Assembly: GCF_028368995.1 (NCBI RefSeq)
Contig: NZ_JAQNDL010000001.1
Location: 2,368,001-2,432,000 of the forward strand
Reading direction: 5' to 3'
Origin: Nannocystis bainbridge
Lineage (GTDB): Bacteria > Myxococcota_A > Polyangia > Nannocystales > Nannocystaceae
DNA: 64,000 bases
Within the stretch, counting starts at the first letter, position 1; each line of letters begins with the position of its first letter. Below, piece by piece: positions 17,508 through 27,516 of the stretch. The notes beneath the pieces are model-generated. The model ran no database searches. It was not told the DNA's origin and saw only the letters and a list, made by a program, of their open reading frames with translations. The position numbers were made by a program, and so were the translations under genes.

Positions 17508-18374
17508 TCAGAGGTCCACGAGCTCGACGTCCTCGGGCGCGATCGCCTCGCCGAGGAACACCGCACCGACCCGCGCGAACCGGGCCGGAGCATCCGTAGC
17601 GAGGAAGCGGACGCCCGCCTGCCCTGCCCCGCCCTGCCCGCGGGTCCGGGGGCCGGCGCGCAGGTCCGATCGCAGGAGGCAGTCCACCACGACCTCGGCG
17701 GTCGTCTCGGCCGAATCGACCAACCTTACGCGCGGGCCGACGGCGGTGGCGATCGCCTGGCGCAGGACCGGGAAGTGGGTGCAGCCGAGGACGAGGCAGT
17801 CGAGCGCCGGTCGCTCGCCGACCACGCCGGCGAGGTAGCGCTGCGCGACCGCCTCGGCGACAGGCCCGCTGACCCAACCTTCCTCGGCGAGCGCGACGAA
17901 CAGCTGGCACGCGATCGACTCGACCTCGGCGGCCGGACGCGCGGCCCGGATGGCCCGCTCGTAGGCGCCGCCGCGGACGGTGCCCTCGGTGGCGATGACG
18001 CCGATCTGCCCGCTGACCGAGGCCGCGCAGGCGGCCGCGGCCCCCGGCTCGATGACGCCGATCACCGGCAACGGGGCGAACACCGCCGCGAGGTGGCCGA
18101 GCGCGACCGAAGAAGCGGTGTTGCAGGCGACGACCAGCAGCTTGATCCCGCGGCCGACCAGGACCCGCGCGGCCTGCTCGGCGTAGCGCGTGACGGTCTC
18201 GCCGCTCTTGGTCCCGTACGGCAGCCGGGCCGTGTCGCCGAGATAGATGAATCGCTCGTCTGGTAACGCGGCCCGCAGCGACCGCAGCACCGTGAGTCCA
18301 CCGACGCCGGAGTCGAACACGCCGATCGGTAGATCGGCCACGGTCGCTTCGGCCTCGCCTCGCGACCCGGTCAC
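17508..18374 (-). CDS. murI: Glutamate racemase
   Basis: Motifs IGVFDSGVGG, PYGTKS, VACNTAS and LGCTHFP. Confidence 0.97.
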   Translation of the reverse strand: MTGSRGEAEATVADLPIGVFDSGVGGLTVLRSLRAALPDERFIYLGDTARLPYGTKSGETVTRYAEQAARVLVGRGIKLLVVACNTASSVALGHLAAVFAPLPVIGVIEPGAAAACAASVSGQIGVIATEGTVRGGAYERAIRAARPAAEVESIACQLFVALAEEGWVSGPVAEAVAQRYLAGVVGERPALDCLVLGCTHFPVLRQAIATAVGPRVRLVDSAETTAEVVVDCLLRSDLRAGPRTRGQGGAGQAGVRFLATDAPARFARVGAVFLGEAIAPEDVELVDL

Positions 18375-18375
18375 G

Positions 18376-19521
18376 CTAGCCTCGAGCGAGGATGTTCTTG
18401 GCGATCACCATGCGCTGGACCTGCGAGGTGCCCTCGTAGATCTGCATGAGCTTGGCGTCGCGGTAGATCTTCTCGACCGGGTACTCGCGGGTGTAGCCGT
18501 AGCCGCCGAACACCTGCACGGCGTCCGAGGCGCACTTCACGACGTTGTCGGCCCCGATGCACTTGGCGATCGCGCTGGTGTTGGTGCGACGGATGCCCTT
18601 GTCGACCTCCCACGCCGCCTTGTTGTAGAGGAGGCGAGTGGTCTCGTAGGCCATCGCCATCTCGGCGATCATGAACTGGATCGCCTGGTGCTCGGAGATC
18701 GGCTTGCCGAAGGTCTTGCGCTCCTTGGCGTAGCGGGCCGACTCGTCGAGGCAGCGGCGGATCATGCCGGCGCACTGCGAGCCGATCATCGGCCGCGAGC
18801 GATCGAACACTTCCATGGCGACGTAGAAGCCCTTGCCGGGCTCGCCGAGGATGTCGGCGTCGGTCAGCGGGACGTCTTCGAAGATGACGTCGCAGGTCTC
18901 GGAGGCGCGCTGGCCGAGCTTCTTCTCTTTCTTGCCGATGCTGATGCCGGGCCGGTCGTTGTCGACGACGAAGGCCGTGATGCCGCGGTGGCCGAGCGCC
19001 GGGTCGAGGGTGGCGAAGCCGGTGAAGATGCTGGCGTGGCCGGCGTTGGTGATCCACCGCTTCTGCCCGCTGAGGCGCCAGCCGTTGCCGTCGCGCACGA
19101 GGCGGGTCTTCATCGCGGCGACGTCGGAGCCGGCCTCGGGCTCGCTGCAGGCGTAGCTGATGAAGATGAACTCCTCGGTCAGCCGGCGCAGGTGCTTCTG
19201 CTTCTGCTCCTCGGTGCCGGCGACCAGCAGCGGCAGCGCGCCGAGGTGGTTGCACATCACGCTGGTGGCGATCGCGGCGCAGCCGTAGGCGAGCTCCTCG
19301 GAGACGATGCAGCCGTCGAGGGTGTGGTAGCCGAGGCCGCCGTAGGCCTCGGGGATCTCGATGTTCATCAGGCCGAGGTCGAACGCGGCCTTGAACACGT
19401 CGACGGGGAACTTCTCGGCCTCGTCGTAATCGTGCGCGACCGGGATGATCGATTCGCGCGTGAATTTGCGCGCGGTCTGAATGAGGGCGTTCTGCTCGTC
19501 GGTGTACGTCGGGTCGAACAC
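18376..19521 (-). CDS. Acyl-CoA dehydrogenase
   Basis: Motifs SEPEAGSD, GQKRWITNA, RKTFGKPI, FGGYGY and IYEGTSQVQR. GTG start at 19521 chosen for typical length (381 aa). Confidence 0.93.
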   Translation of the reverse strand: MFDPTYTDEQNALIQTARKFTRESIIPVAHDYDEAEKFPVDVFKAAFDLGLMNIEIPEAYGGLGYHTLDGCIVSEELAYGCAAIATSVMCNHLGALPLLVAGTEEQKQKHLRRLTEEFIFISYACSEPEAGSDVAAMKTRLVRDGNGWRLSGQKRWITNAGHASIFTGFATLDPALGHRGITAFVVDNDRPGISIGKKEKKLGQRASETCDVIFEDVPLTDADILGEPGKGFYVAMEVFDRSRPMIGSQCAGMIRRCLDESARYAKERKTFGKPISEHQAIQFMIAEMAMAYETTRLLYNKAAWEVDKGIRRTNTSAIAKCIGADNVVKCASDAVQVFGGYGYTREYPVEKIYRDAKLMQIYEGTSQVQRMVIAKNILARG

Positions 19522-19583
19522 GGCGACCCCGCATACCATGGCCGCCGGACCAGCGCCAGCATCCGAGCCGGCCCACGCCCGCG

Positions 19584-19775
19584 TCACGGGCGGGCGTCAG
19601 GACCGTGCTGCGGCTCGTGAGTCGGCTCCGACCTGGCCCTTCGGGCAGCCGCGCGTCGGGCCACGAGCTCGCGGTCGGCGGCGCTGCTGGCGACCGCTCG
19701 ACCGCCGAGGATGTAGCCGATCAAGATCCCCAGCAAGAACACGCCCGGGATGTACAGGAAGTGCCCGAGCGTCAC
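19584..19775 (-). CDS. Small single-pass membrane protein at the end of the ccm operon
   Basis: GTG 19775 overlaps the upstream stop; HFLYIPGVFLLGILIGYILG TM segment followed by an Arg-rich tail. Confidence 0.6.
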   Translation of the reverse strand: MTLGHFLYIPGVFLLGILIGYILGGRAVASSAADRELVARRAAARRARSEPTHEPQHGPDARP

Positions 19776-20092
19776 GCGCCCGGTCCTCCGCGGGCCGCCG
19801 GTCGATCCAGCTCGCGTCGCAGGGCGTCGACGTCGGCGCGCAGCCGCGCCGAGCGGCGCCACAAGAACAGGCCGTAGGCGGCGAACAGCGCCCACAGGAT
19901 GCCGTAGGCCCAGACGATGTGCTGGTAGTCGCTGGCGGTCTTGGCCGCGGCCTTGTCCTCGAGGCTGGCGAGGATCTCCTTCTCCTCGCGGCTGGTGCCG
20001 ACGGCGGGCTCGTAGTCACCGTTATCGGCCGGCGCGGGCGCAGCTTCGAAGGCGAGGCCGGTGATCAGGACGGGCAGAGCGATCGGTGTCAT
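19772..20092 (-). CDS. ccmD: CcmD-like heme exporter protein D
   Basis: ATGA overlap with ccmC; VWAYGILWALFAAYGLFLWRR TM segment plus charged helical tail. Confidence 0.6.
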   Translation of the reverse strand: MTPIALPVLITGLAFEAAPAPADNGDYEPAVGTSREEKEILASLEDKAAAKTASDYQHIVWAYGILWALFAAYGLFLWRRSARLRADVDALRRELDRPAARGGPGA

Positions 20093-20769
20093 GCGCGAGA
20101 GTCCTCCAGGCGGACGTAGGCCTCGTCGAGCTCGCCGACGAGGACGAGCTGACGGGCGCGGATGGCGAACAGGCCGAAGCTGACCAGCAGCAGCGCGGAC
20201 AGGCCGGGCCAGAAGGTGGCCCACATCTCCGGCGGCAGCTTGGCGACCACGCCGGTGGTCGGGTGCGTGGTCTTCCACAGCTTGACCGCGTAGTAGATGA
20301 GCGGGACGTTGACGGCGCCGAAGATCGCCAGCGCCGCGGCCAGCCGCTCCGACGCGTGCTGGCCGAAGTGACGCAGCAGCAAGTAGGCGGCGATCACCAG
20401 CCAGAGCAGCGCGGTGGTGACCTGGCGGGCGTCGCCGGTCCACGGGGTGCCCCAGGTGGCGTGACCCCAGATCGGGCCGGTCAGCAGGACGCCGAGGCCG
20501 CCAAGGAACCCGATCTCCGCGGCCGCGAGGGCGACCGCGCCGGCCGTGCGCGAGCGCCGACGCAGCTGCACGCCCGCGGCCACGCCCGAGATGACGGCCA
20601 TGAGCATGCACAGCCAGCCCATCGGCACGTGGAAGAAGAAGATCTTGAAGGCGGTGCCCATGGTCCGCTCGTTGGGCGTCTGCAGGAACACCCGCTGCAC
20701 GCTGTAGACCACCAGCGGCGCGGCGGCGAGGAACAGCAAGGGGACCACGAGCTCGGACTTTCGCTTCAT
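20089..20769 (-). CDS. ccmC: Heme exporter / cytochrome c biogenesis protein CcmC
   Basis: FFFHVP, Trp-rich GPIWGHATWGTPWTGDAR and TTHP motifs; start ATG 20769. Confidence 0.9.
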   Translation of the reverse strand: MKRKSELVVPLLFLAAAPLVVYSVQRVFLQTPNERTMGTAFKIFFFHVPMGWLCMLMAVISGVAAGVQLRRRSRTAGAVALAAAEIGFLGGLGVLLTGPIWGHATWGTPWTGDARQVTTALLWLVIAAYLLLRHFGQHASERLAAALAIFGAVNVPLIYYAVKLWKTTHPTTGVVAKLPPEMWATFWPGLSALLLVSFGLFAIRARQLVLVGELDEAYVRLEDSRA

Positions 20770-21605
20770 CGGGGCTCCTCTCGGCCGGCGGCGCGCAGGC
20801 TTTGGCGCGCGTGCTGCCGCGCGGCCTGGGCCGTGCGGGCCGGCGCGGCCCCCACGAGCACCGGCTCGAACAGCAGCGCGCCGAGGCCGAGCAAGATGAC
20901 GTCGAGCGCGGCCATCTGGCCGAGGTAGCTCGGGAGGTTGGGATTCTTGTCGAGCAGCGCGCGGGTGGTCACCAGCGCGAACATCAACACCGGGGTGGTG
21001 ACCGGGTAGAGGATCACCGCGAGCAGCATGTTCTTGCCGCCGCCGCCGGCCAGCCCGGCGGCGAACAGGGTGCCGATGGCGACGTAGCCGAGGCAGCCGA
21101 GGACCACGAGCGCGACTGTCTCGAGGGGCATGTCCCAAAAGACCTGTCCCGCGGGGAACATCGAGGCCAGCCCGGGCACCAGCAGGGCGCAGCAGACCAG
21201 CAGCACCAGCAGGGTCGAGCCGGCCTTGGCGACGTAGATCGCCAGGCGCTCGACCGGCGCGGCCAGCAGCGCCCGCAGGGTGTCGGCCTCGCGCTCGCGA
21301 TCAAAGGCGCGGGTCAAGGTGATGGTGCCGACGAACGCGACCGTGAGCCACAGCAGGCCCGGAACCGCGGGCAAGGTGTGCTTCTTCTCGAGCGCCGCGA
21401 ACGACAGGTAGAACATGCCGAGCACGACCAGGGTGAAGAAGGTCGAGGTCAGGACCAGCTCGAGGTCGCGCAGCTCTTGCCGCAGCTCGCTGCGGAGGAG
21501 GAGCAGGCTCTGGCGGAGCAGACGCACCGGCGCCAGGTGTAGCACAGGGTCGGCGCGCGGCGGAACCGGCCGATGCGAAGCCTGCGGCCAGCCGCCGCGG
21601 CTCAC
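20766..21605 (-). CDS. ccmB: Heme exporter protein CcmB
   Basis: Multi-TM protein with FDREREADTLRALL and LYPVTTP motifs, located between ccmA and ccmC. Confidence 0.85.
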   Translation of the reverse strand: MSRGGWPQASHRPVPPRADPVLHLAPVRLLRQSLLLLRSELRQELRDLELVLTSTFFTLVVLGMFYLSFAALEKKHTLPAVPGLLWLTVAFVGTITLTRAFDREREADTLRALLAAPVERLAIYVAKAGSTLLVLLVCCALLVPGLASMFPAGQVFWDMPLETVALVVLGCLGYVAIGTLFAAGLAGGGGKNMLLAVILYPVTTPVLMFALVTTRALLDKNPNLPSYLGQMAALDVILLGLGALLFEPVLVGAAPARTAQAARQHARQSLRAAGREEPR

Positions 21606-22360
21606 GCGGCGGCGTGATCGTCGGGGCCGACGGCGGCGAGGACCTCACTCGCGCGGGCGGCGAAGGCGGCCGGGTCGTCGCCGCCGCGCTCGACCTCGCG
21701 GACGATCACCCCGGCCTCGAGCAGCACCAGGCGATCGCACACGCGCAGCAGCGTGCCCTGGTCGTGGGAGCTGAGCAGGATCGCCGTTCCGCGGTCGCGC
21801 TCGGCCAGCAGCGCCCCCGCCAATTGCGAGCGCCCGCGGGCGTCGAGCGCCGTGAACGGCTCGTCGAGCAGCAGCAGCTCCGGATCACCGGCGACGGCCC
21901 GGGCCAGCGCGACCCGCTGGGCCATGCCGCGCGAGAAGGTCGAGACCGGGCGATCGAGGGCGTCGGCCGGCAGCCCCAGGTCGCGGAGGACGGCGTCGGC
22001 TGGCCGCGAGGACAGGCCGGCCGCGTGCCGCAATTCGGCGAACAGCTCGAGGTTGGCGCGCGCGCCGAGGCCGGGATAAAGCTGCGGCGCGTGGGCGACG
22101 TAGGCCAGGCGGGCGCGCAGCTCGAGGTCGATGTCGCCGACCACGCGCCCGCCGAATTGCCGCTCACCGCCGTCGGGCTGCAGGAGGCCGGCGAGGATCA
22201 AGAACAGCGTGGTCTTGCCGGCCCCGTTGGCGCCGACGAGGCCGGTGATGGTGCGAGGGCGCAGCTCGAGGTCGACGCTGCGCAGGACGACCTTGCGGCC
22301 GAACCGCTGGGAGATCGATCTCAGGACGATCGGGGTGATCGGCTCGCGGGGGCCGCTCAT
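21602..22360 (-). CDS. ccmA: Heme ABC exporter ATP-binding protein CcmA
   Basis: Walker A GANGAGKTT, signature FSRGMAQR, Walker B LLLLDEP; start ATG 22360. Confidence 0.88.
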   Translation of the reverse strand: MSGPREPITPIVLRSISQRFGRKVVLRSVDLELRPRTITGLVGANGAGKTTLFLILAGLLQPDGGERQFGGRVVGDIDLELRARLAYVAHAPQLYPGLGARANLELFAELRHAAGLSSRPADAVLRDLGLPADALDRPVSTFSRGMAQRVALARAVAGDPELLLLDEPFTALDARGRSQLAGALLAERDRGTAILLSSHDQGTLLRVCDRLVLLEAGVIVREVERGGDDPAAFAARASEVLAAVGPDDHAAA

Positions 22361-24294
22361 GCCTTGTCCTGCCACGCGGCGCCCGGGTCGGCGTGGCGCG
22401 GCCGCGAGTCGAGGGCGTCGAGCTGGCAGTAGACCTGGTCGAGGGCGGCGACGATCGGCTCGCGCTCGCCGGGGCTGGCGGCCTCGAGCTTGCGCATCAG
22501 GGCCGCCTTGCGCTTCAGTAGCCGCTCGCGCAAGGAGGCGCGCGGGCGCAGAGCGAACGCGAGGCCGCAGGCGAACGCGACGAACAGACCGAAGCCGAGG
22601 CCGAGCCACTTGTAGGTGCGCGGGCGCGTGACGAGGCCGTCGATCACGAGGTCGTAGGCCTGGCCCTGCGGCATGGCGCCGATCTCGTAGACGTCGAGGT
22701 CGACGCGGCTCTCACCGTTCTCGTGCGGCGGCCGCACCGGGCCCTTCTTGGCGCCCTTGGTGAGCTTGAGGCCGTCGACCACGACGGTGCGGCCGTCGAC
22801 GATCGGGAACGGGGCGCTCCAGCGGATCTCGGCGGTGCCATCGTGCTCGAGCAGGTAGGCGGTCGAGAGGTCGATCAGCTCGCCCGGCGGCAGCGGCCCG
22901 CTGATGGTGGTGAACGGCGCGTCCGCGTCGTGGTCGAGCACCTGGTCGGCGCGGTCGCGCACGACCAGGCCGGTGGCCCCTTCGGCGCCGTTGAGCTTGT
23001 AGGGCTTGCCGGGCCAGTAGGCGGACTCGCCGTCGACGAACACCTGCAGCAGGTGGTCGACCCGCGCGAGGTCGTTCTCCATCGACTCGACGCCGAACTG
23101 CACCGCCGAGCGCACGCGCGTCAGGTCGGTGGTGACCGGGAAGACGCGCATCTCGACGGCGACGCCCATGCGCTCGTCGAGGGTGAAGAAGGCCGACTTC
23201 CACGGGGCCCCGGCGTACGAGGCCTCGACGTGGAACAGGCCCTCGCCGGTGAGCGGGATGTCGCCGATGCGGGCGACGCCGTCCTCGCCGGTGGCGTCCT
23301 CGAAGCGCTTGCTGAAGCCGGTCGTGTCCTGCTTGACGATCGCCACCGGGATGCCGTTGATCGGCCGATCGTCGGGGCCCACGACGGTGACGCGCACGCT
23401 GCCGGGCAAGATCGTCGGCACCGCGCGCGGGCCCATCATCTGCCGCTTCTGCGGGGCCTGCGGGCGCAGGACCGCCAGCACCAGGGCCATGCCGACGTCC
23501 TTGCCGGTCAGCGAGAACGGCTGGCTGCGCTCGGTGCCGGTCGGCAGGTCGGCCTCGGCCACCAGCGAGACGTCGGCCGCGAGGGCGTCGAGCTCGGGGA
23601 AGCGCGAGGTGCCGCGGGCGTCGCTGACGGCCTCGCGGGTCTCGGTCTTGCCGTCGGGCCCGGTCAGCAGGAGTCGAACCTTGACGCCCACGACCGGGGT
23701 GCCGCCGCGCAGGTCGAGGGTGCCGACCAGCAGCGTGCCCTTCGGCGTGCCCGGGTTGTCGAACGCGACGCCCGGCAGCGGCACGTCGGCCTGGCTCGGC
23801 GGCGGCGCGGCGGGGCCCGAGCCCGGGTCGGTCGCGGGGCCGGCGGCGGCGCCGGACGAACCTGCCCCTTTGACCAGGAGCACGCGGAAGCCCTGGGCCG
23901 GCGACACGGCGATCGGCTGCGAGGCCTGGCGCTCGCCGTCGAGGTCGGCGCGGGCGACCGCGGTGCCGCCGTGGAACGCGGAGAGATCGGTGAAGTTGGC
24001 GCGGCCGTCCTGGCCGGCCACGACGGTCCGCGTCTCGGTCTTGCTGCCGTCCTGCGACTTCAGCTCGAGCTCGACGGTGACGCCCACCGCGGGCTGGCTG
24101 AACGAGCCGAGCAGCGCGCGCACGGTGATCGTGCCCGGCTCGGTCTGCGGGTCGGCGCGCGGGATGCCGGACATCGCCCGCGGGTCGATCGGCGGCCCGC
24201 CGGCCGGCTGGGCCGAAGCATGTCCCGTAAGACATGTCCCAACGAACATGAACGAAAGGGCAGCCGCGCGCAGCGGCCGGCGTGACGCAGTCAT
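22357..24294 (-). CDS. Exported protein with three carboxypeptidase-regulatory-like beta-sandwich repeats and a C-terminal membrane anchor
   Basis: ATG 24294, signal peptide, three 'GxxVxL...GxAxF' repeats and a C-terminal TM (WLGLGFGLFVAFACGLAFAL); coupled to ccmA. Confidence 0.7.
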   Translation of the reverse strand: MTASRRPLRAAALSFMFVGTCLTGHASAQPAGGPPIDPRAMSGIPRADPQTEPGTITVRALLGSFSQPAVGVTVELELKSQDGSKTETRTVVAGQDGRANFTDLSAFHGGTAVARADLDGERQASQPIAVSPAQGFRVLLVKGAGSSGAAAGPATDPGSGPAAPPPSQADVPLPGVAFDNPGTPKGTLLVGTLDLRGGTPVVGVKVRLLLTGPDGKTETREAVSDARGTSRFPELDALAADVSLVAEADLPTGTERSQPFSLTGKDVGMALVLAVLRPQAPQKRQMMGPRAVPTILPGSVRVTVVGPDDRPINGIPVAIVKQDTTGFSKRFEDATGEDGVARIGDIPLTGEGLFHVEASYAGAPWKSAFFTLDERMGVAVEMRVFPVTTDLTRVRSAVQFGVESMENDLARVDHLLQVFVDGESAYWPGKPYKLNGAEGATGLVVRDRADQVLDHDADAPFTTISGPLPPGELIDLSTAYLLEHDGTAEIRWSAPFPIVDGRTVVVDGLKLTKGAKKGPVRPPHENGESRVDLDVYEIGAMPQGQAYDLVIDGLVTRPRTYKWLGLGFGLFVAFACGLAFALRPRASLRERLLKRKAALMRKLEAASPGEREPIVAALDQVYCQLDALDSRPRHADPGAAWQDKA

Positions 24295-25052
24295 GGGCCG
24301 ATCTCCCCCGAGCTCGCCGAGTTGCCGCGCTTCTCGCCGACGCTCACCTTGCTGCTGCGCGCGAGCGAGACGCCGCAGTGCTTGCAGAACTTGGCGTCGT
24401 TGTCGTTGTTGCCGACGCAGTTGGCGCAGATCCGCGAGGTGCGGTCGAGGTCCGGCGCCGAGATCTCGGTCATGTTGCGCACCGGCGCCGATGACTGCAG
24501 CGGCGGCGGCGTGGCGTCCTCGACCGGCGCGCGGGTCGGGGTCGCCGTCGTCGCGGCCTCCGGGCTGGCCTGGCGGTCGAGCTCGGACAGGACCTTCTGC
24601 AGCTCGGGGTGGAGGTCGCCGCCGCCGTCGAGGGCGCGCATGACCTCGATCGCGCGCACGCGGTAGGTGCCGATCACCGCCTCGAAGTCGGCGGTCGACA
24701 GCTTGCCCATGCCGTGGTCGAACTCGAGCTCCTTGATCGCGCGCAGCAGCCGGCGCTTCTCCTCGCGCAGCTCCGACTGGCTGAAGTGGCCGACGCCGCG
24801 GCCGACCTGGGCCAGCGAGTCGGGCCGGGCCAGCGCGCGCACCATCGCGAACATGCGGCCGAGCGCGTAGACCAGCATGGCGCCGGCGACCGCGAGGGCG
24901 ATCGTCGCCTCCTCGAGCGGGCCGGCGGCGCGGGCGGCGAACAGCACCAGCGCGAACGCGAGGAGCGCGAGGCCGGCGGTCCACAGGGCGGTGCGCGGGG
25001 GCTTCGGCGCAGCCGCGGCGCGAGCTTCCTTGCTCTGCGGCGCTTCGGTCAC
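24291..25052 (-). CDS. Membrane protein with a C-terminal zinc ribbon
   Basis: GTG 25052; two TM segments; IKELEFDHGMGKLSTADF (resembles the CcmI N-terminal segment); CANC...FCKHCG zinc ribbon. Confidence 0.7.
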   Translation of the reverse strand: MTEAPQSKEARAAAAPKPPRTALWTAGLALLAFALVLFAARAAGPLEEATIALAVAGAMLVYALGRMFAMVRALARPDSLAQVGRGVGHFSQSELREEKRRLLRAIKELEFDHGMGKLSTADFEAVIGTYRVRAIEVMRALDGGGDLHPELQKVLSELDRQASPEAATTATPTRAPVEDATPPPLQSSAPVRNMTEISAPDLDRTSRICANCVGNNDNDAKFCKHCGVSLARSSKVSVGEKRGNSASSGEIGP

Positions 25053-25054
25053 GC

Positions 25055-27070
25055 TCAGGCGTCCTCTCCCGGCCCGTCGCTCTTGCGCGTGCCGACGCAG
25101 ATCAGCGAACCCGCGAGCATGACGGCGAAGCCGAACCAGATCCAGTTGACGAGCGGGTTGATGTAGAGGCTCATCTGCGTCCAGCCGGTGGTCATGTCGA
25201 CCTCCTGGATCGAGACGTACACGTCCTCGCCGAAGGTCATGTAGCGCGAGACCTCGGTGGTCGGCTGCTCGGGCAGCTGGAAGTACCACCAGCGGGCCGG
25301 CAGCAGGGTGGTCTTGTGGTCGCCGCCCTTGAGCACGGCGATGTGGGCCGTGATCATCTCTTTCTGCCAGTCCTCGGTCGCGCGCAGGCCGTCGTGGCGG
25401 ATCACGTACTCACCGAGCTCGGTGGTGTCGCCGGGGCGCAGCGTGGTCTTGCGCTCGATCTTGTAGGCGTTGCCGGCCCAGCCGAAGAACATCAGCACGA
25501 TGCCGAGGTGGACGATGTAGCCGCCGTAGCGCCGGCGCGCGCGCAGGACCAGGCCGATCATCGCGTCGAGGAGGCTCTGCGGGCGCTGGCGCCGGCGCAG
25601 GGCCACGCCGCGGTAGAACTCCTGGACGATGGTCCAGAAGGTGAAGGCGCACAGGCCGAAGCAGGCCAGGCCCCACGGCGAGCCGAGGCCGATCGCCAAC
25701 AGGGCGATCACCGTGACCACGCCGGCGATCAGCGGGCCCATGAACTGCTTGATGAGGTTGACCTGCGAGGTCTTGCGCCACGCCAGCAGCGGACCGACGC
25801 CGGTCAGCAGCAGCAGCGCCAGGCCGAGCGGGCGCATGTAGCGGTTGAAGAACGGGGCGCCGATGGTGACGCGCTCGCCCGGGTCCTGCCAGGCGAGCAG
25901 GTCGGGGTAGCGCTCGGCGAGGACCATCCGCCACTCGGTGAAGGTCGGCCACATGGTCGCGCCGAGCACGAACAGCGCGGCGACCAGGAACAGCCAGTTG
26001 TTGACCAGGAACGCGAACTCGCGCGACAGCACGCTCTCGAGCTCGCCGCGCGAGCGCAGCAGCGGCAGGCGCCAGATCACCAGGCCGAAGCTGAACAGCA
26101 CGATCACCAGCATGAAGGCGCCGAAGGTCCACGCCAGCACCGGGTCGGCGCCGAAGGCGTGCACGCTCTGGACCACGCCGCTGCGGGTCATGAACGTGCC
26201 GACGATCGTCAGCAGGAAGCTGACGACCACCAGCGACACGTTCCACACCTTCATCATGCCGCGGCGCTCCTGGATCATGATCGAGTGCAGGAACGCGGTG
26301 ACGGTGAACCACGGCAGCAGGCCCGCGTTCTCGACCGGGTCCCAGGCCCAGTAACCGCCCCACCCCAGCTCCTCGTAGGCCCACAGGCCGCCGAGGATGA
26401 GGCCGAAGGTCAGGAACATCCACGAGAACAGGGTCCAGCGGCGGACGCTGCGCTGCCACGCGGCGTCGACCTGGCCGGTGATCAGCGCCGCCATGCCGAA
26501 CGCGTACGGCACCGCCAGCGAGACGTAGCCGAGGTACAGGCTCGGCGGGTGCACGATCATGTAAAGGTTCTGCAGCAGCGGGTTCAGGCCCTTGCCCTGG
26601 GTCGGGATGTCCAGCATGTAGACGCCGAACGGGTCCTTGATGAACAGCAGCAGCCCGGCGAAGAACGCGGTGATGACCGAAAGGACAGCCGCGGCGTGCG
26701 GGATCAGCTCGCGGTGGCGGTTGCGGTTGGCGTGCAGCGCCAGCGAGGCGAACAGGGTGTGCAGCAGGACCCAGAACAGCATGCTGCCGTCGAGCCCGCC
26801 CCAGAACGACGTGATCTTGTAGAACAGCGGCATCGCGGCGTCGCTGGTCTTCTGCACGTACTGGATCGAGTAGTCGCCGGCGATGAACCCGTAGATGATG
26901 AGCGACGAGGCGAACGCCGCCAGGGCGAAGCTGGCGTACACGCCCTGCAGGCCGGCCTCGATCAGCCGCTCGGACCGACGCGCGGCGCCGAGGGCGGAGA
27001 AGCCGGTGCTGGCCAGGCTGAGCACGAAAAGCAGGAGGATCGAGGCTGTACCGAGGGTAGCGATGGACAT
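25055..27070 (-). CDS. ccmF: Cytochrome c heme lyase CcmF
   Basis: Motifs GLNPLLQ, HPP, WGGYWAWDPVEN, TRSG and SVHAF; start ATG 27070. Confidence 0.96.
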   Translation of the reverse strand: MSIATLGTASILLLFVLSLASTGFSALGAARRSERLIEAGLQGVYASFALAAFASSLIIYGFIAGDYSIQYVQKTSDAAMPLFYKITSFWGGLDGSMLFWVLLHTLFASLALHANRNRHRELIPHAAAVLSVITAFFAGLLLFIKDPFGVYMLDIPTQGKGLNPLLQNLYMIVHPPSLYLGYVSLAVPYAFGMAALITGQVDAAWQRSVRRWTLFSWMFLTFGLILGGLWAYEELGWGGYWAWDPVENAGLLPWFTVTAFLHSIMIQERRGMMKVWNVSLVVVSFLLTIVGTFMTRSGVVQSVHAFGADPVLAWTFGAFMLVIVLFSFGLVIWRLPLLRSRGELESVLSREFAFLVNNWLFLVAALFVLGATMWPTFTEWRMVLAERYPDLLAWQDPGERVTIGAPFFNRYMRPLGLALLLLTGVGPLLAWRKTSQVNLIKQFMGPLIAGVVTVIALLAIGLGSPWGLACFGLCAFTFWTIVQEFYRGVALRRRQRPQSLLDAMIGLVLRARRRYGGYIVHLGIVLMFFGWAGNAYKIERKTTLRPGDTTELGEYVIRHDGLRATEDWQKEMITAHIAVLKGGDHKTTLLPARWWYFQLPEQPTTEVSRYMTFGEDVYVSIQEVDMTTGWTQMSLYINPLVNWIWFGFAVMLAGSLICVGTRKSDGPGEDA

Positions 27071-27090
27071 GAGAGCTTCCTTGGGACAGG

Positions 27091-27510
27091 TCAGCGACCG
27101 TTCTTGCTGGGATCGGCGGAGGGCCGCTCCTCGTACTTCGAGGGGCACTTGGCGGCCATCTCCTCCGACTCGAAGCGGCCGCCCTGCAGCTCGCCGGTGA
27201 GGATGACCTCGCCGCCCTCGGCGAAGGTGTCGGGCACCATGCTGGTGAAGTGCACGGGCATGCGCCGACCCTCGCGCTCGATGTCGAAGGTGTAGTCGCC
27301 GGCCTCGCCCTTCTTCTGCTTGACGGTGCCGGGCACCACGGTGCCGTGGACCTTGATCATGCGGCCGCTGTACATGGCCGGGTTGTCGACGACCTTGTCG
27401 ACGAAGATGTAGTCGAGCACGCCCTCGCCACTGCTGGTGCTGACGAGGTAGAACACCGCGCCGCCGACGAAGAGACCGATGAAGACCTTGGACGAGACGG
27501 GCAGCGCCAT
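27091..27510 (-). CDS. ccmE: Heme chaperone CcmE, CxxxY (System I*) variant
   Basis: N-terminal TM, VPDTFAEG, and AKCPSKY in place of the canonical AKHDENY. Confidence 0.9.
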   Translation of the reverse strand: MALPVSSKVFIGLFVGGAVFYLVSTSSGEGVLDYIFVDKVVDNPAMYSGRMIKVHGTVVPGTVKQKKGEAGDYTFDIEREGRRMPVHFTSMVPDTFAEGGEVILTGELQGGRFESEEMAAKCPSKYEERPSADPSKNGR

Positions 27511-27516
27511 GATGGA

